DNA of 63,974 bases, the filler included, from Reclinomonas americana ATCC 50394 (Eukaryota): assembly GCA_048213135.1 (NCBI GenBank). It is 11 parts of 11 records of this genome, joined end to end, with 100 filler letters (N's around TTAATTAATTAA, not from the genome) between each part and the next. Parts side by side here need not be neighbours in the genome. Positions count along the whole stretch, not along the records: positions 62,869 to 63,974 come from AFZH01019857.1; 10 more parts are not named here. One strand, written 5' to 3'. The notes under the pieces were generated by a model. That model searched no databases. It had not been told where the DNA came from and saw nothing but the letters and a program-made list of their open reading frames with translations. The position numbers were made by a program, and so were the translations under genes. The stretch's first letter is position 1. Each line of letters opens with the position of its first letter. This document shows, in pieces, positions 63,810-63,974 of this stretch.

Positions 63810-63974
63810 GACGCTCTCCCCTGGCGCGGATCGTAGTCCTTGTCCTTCCAGCTCGATACGAAAGCTTCGAGCTCGGGATCGGGCGACTTCGGCAGCACCA
63901 CCTTGAGGACGACGAACTGGTCGCCCTGGCCGCCGCCGCGCCGCGGCGCGCCCTTGCCGCGCAGGCGCAGCTTC
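63806..63974 (-). CDS. cbpA: C-terminus of DnaJ-class chaperone CbpA (partial)
   Basis: KLRLRGKGAPRRGGGQGDQFVVLKVVLP...YDPR*; translationally coupled to cbpM. Confidence 0.85.
   Translation of the reverse strand, partial: KLRLRGKGAPRRGGGQGDQFVVLKVVLPKSPDPELEAFVSSWKDKDYDPRQGRAS

Overview
The window is 11 assembly pieces joined by an artificial 100-nt spacer (N44-TTAATTAATTAA-N44). Pieces 1-10 (1..62768) come from an intron-rich, microsatellite-rich, GC-rich unicellular eukaryote. Its introns are mostly about 60-110 nt GT-AG, with a recurrent unusual GTTGCG/GTTCCG donor. A GARP/SHAQKYF-type Myb argues against an animal or fungus. Piece 11 (62869..63974) is bacterial (DUF2171, hypothetical, cbpM, dnaJ/cbpA) and is probably co-binned contamination. 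Recognisable eukaryotic genes: a secreted or surface protein with a cadherin-like repeat, phosphoglucomutase, REX4 exonuclease, an LvsA/WDFY3-like BEACH protein, RNase T2, COG8, a GARP Myb, Gemin5, GH38 alpha-mannosidase, a coiled-coil protein, a bacterial-type MBL-fold hydrolase, an LRR protein and the end of an aromatic amino-acid decarboxylase. The standout is a ~14-kb spliced gene (~5565..19341, +) encoding a giant NLR/STAND-like protein of roughly 3,900 aa (estimate). Its architecture is HEPN-NACHT-HEPN-NACHT-pentapeptide-WD40-ankyrin-TPR. Both HEPN domains keep an intact RxxxxH RNase motif (RNEIVH, RNSVFH), and the two HEPN-NACHT units share four intron positions. It is therefore a candidate single-chain, ligand-gated two-HEPN RNase immune effector. 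It sits head-to-head with a tandem pair of 66-aa orphan genes. All gene models were spliced by eye and no database searches were run.
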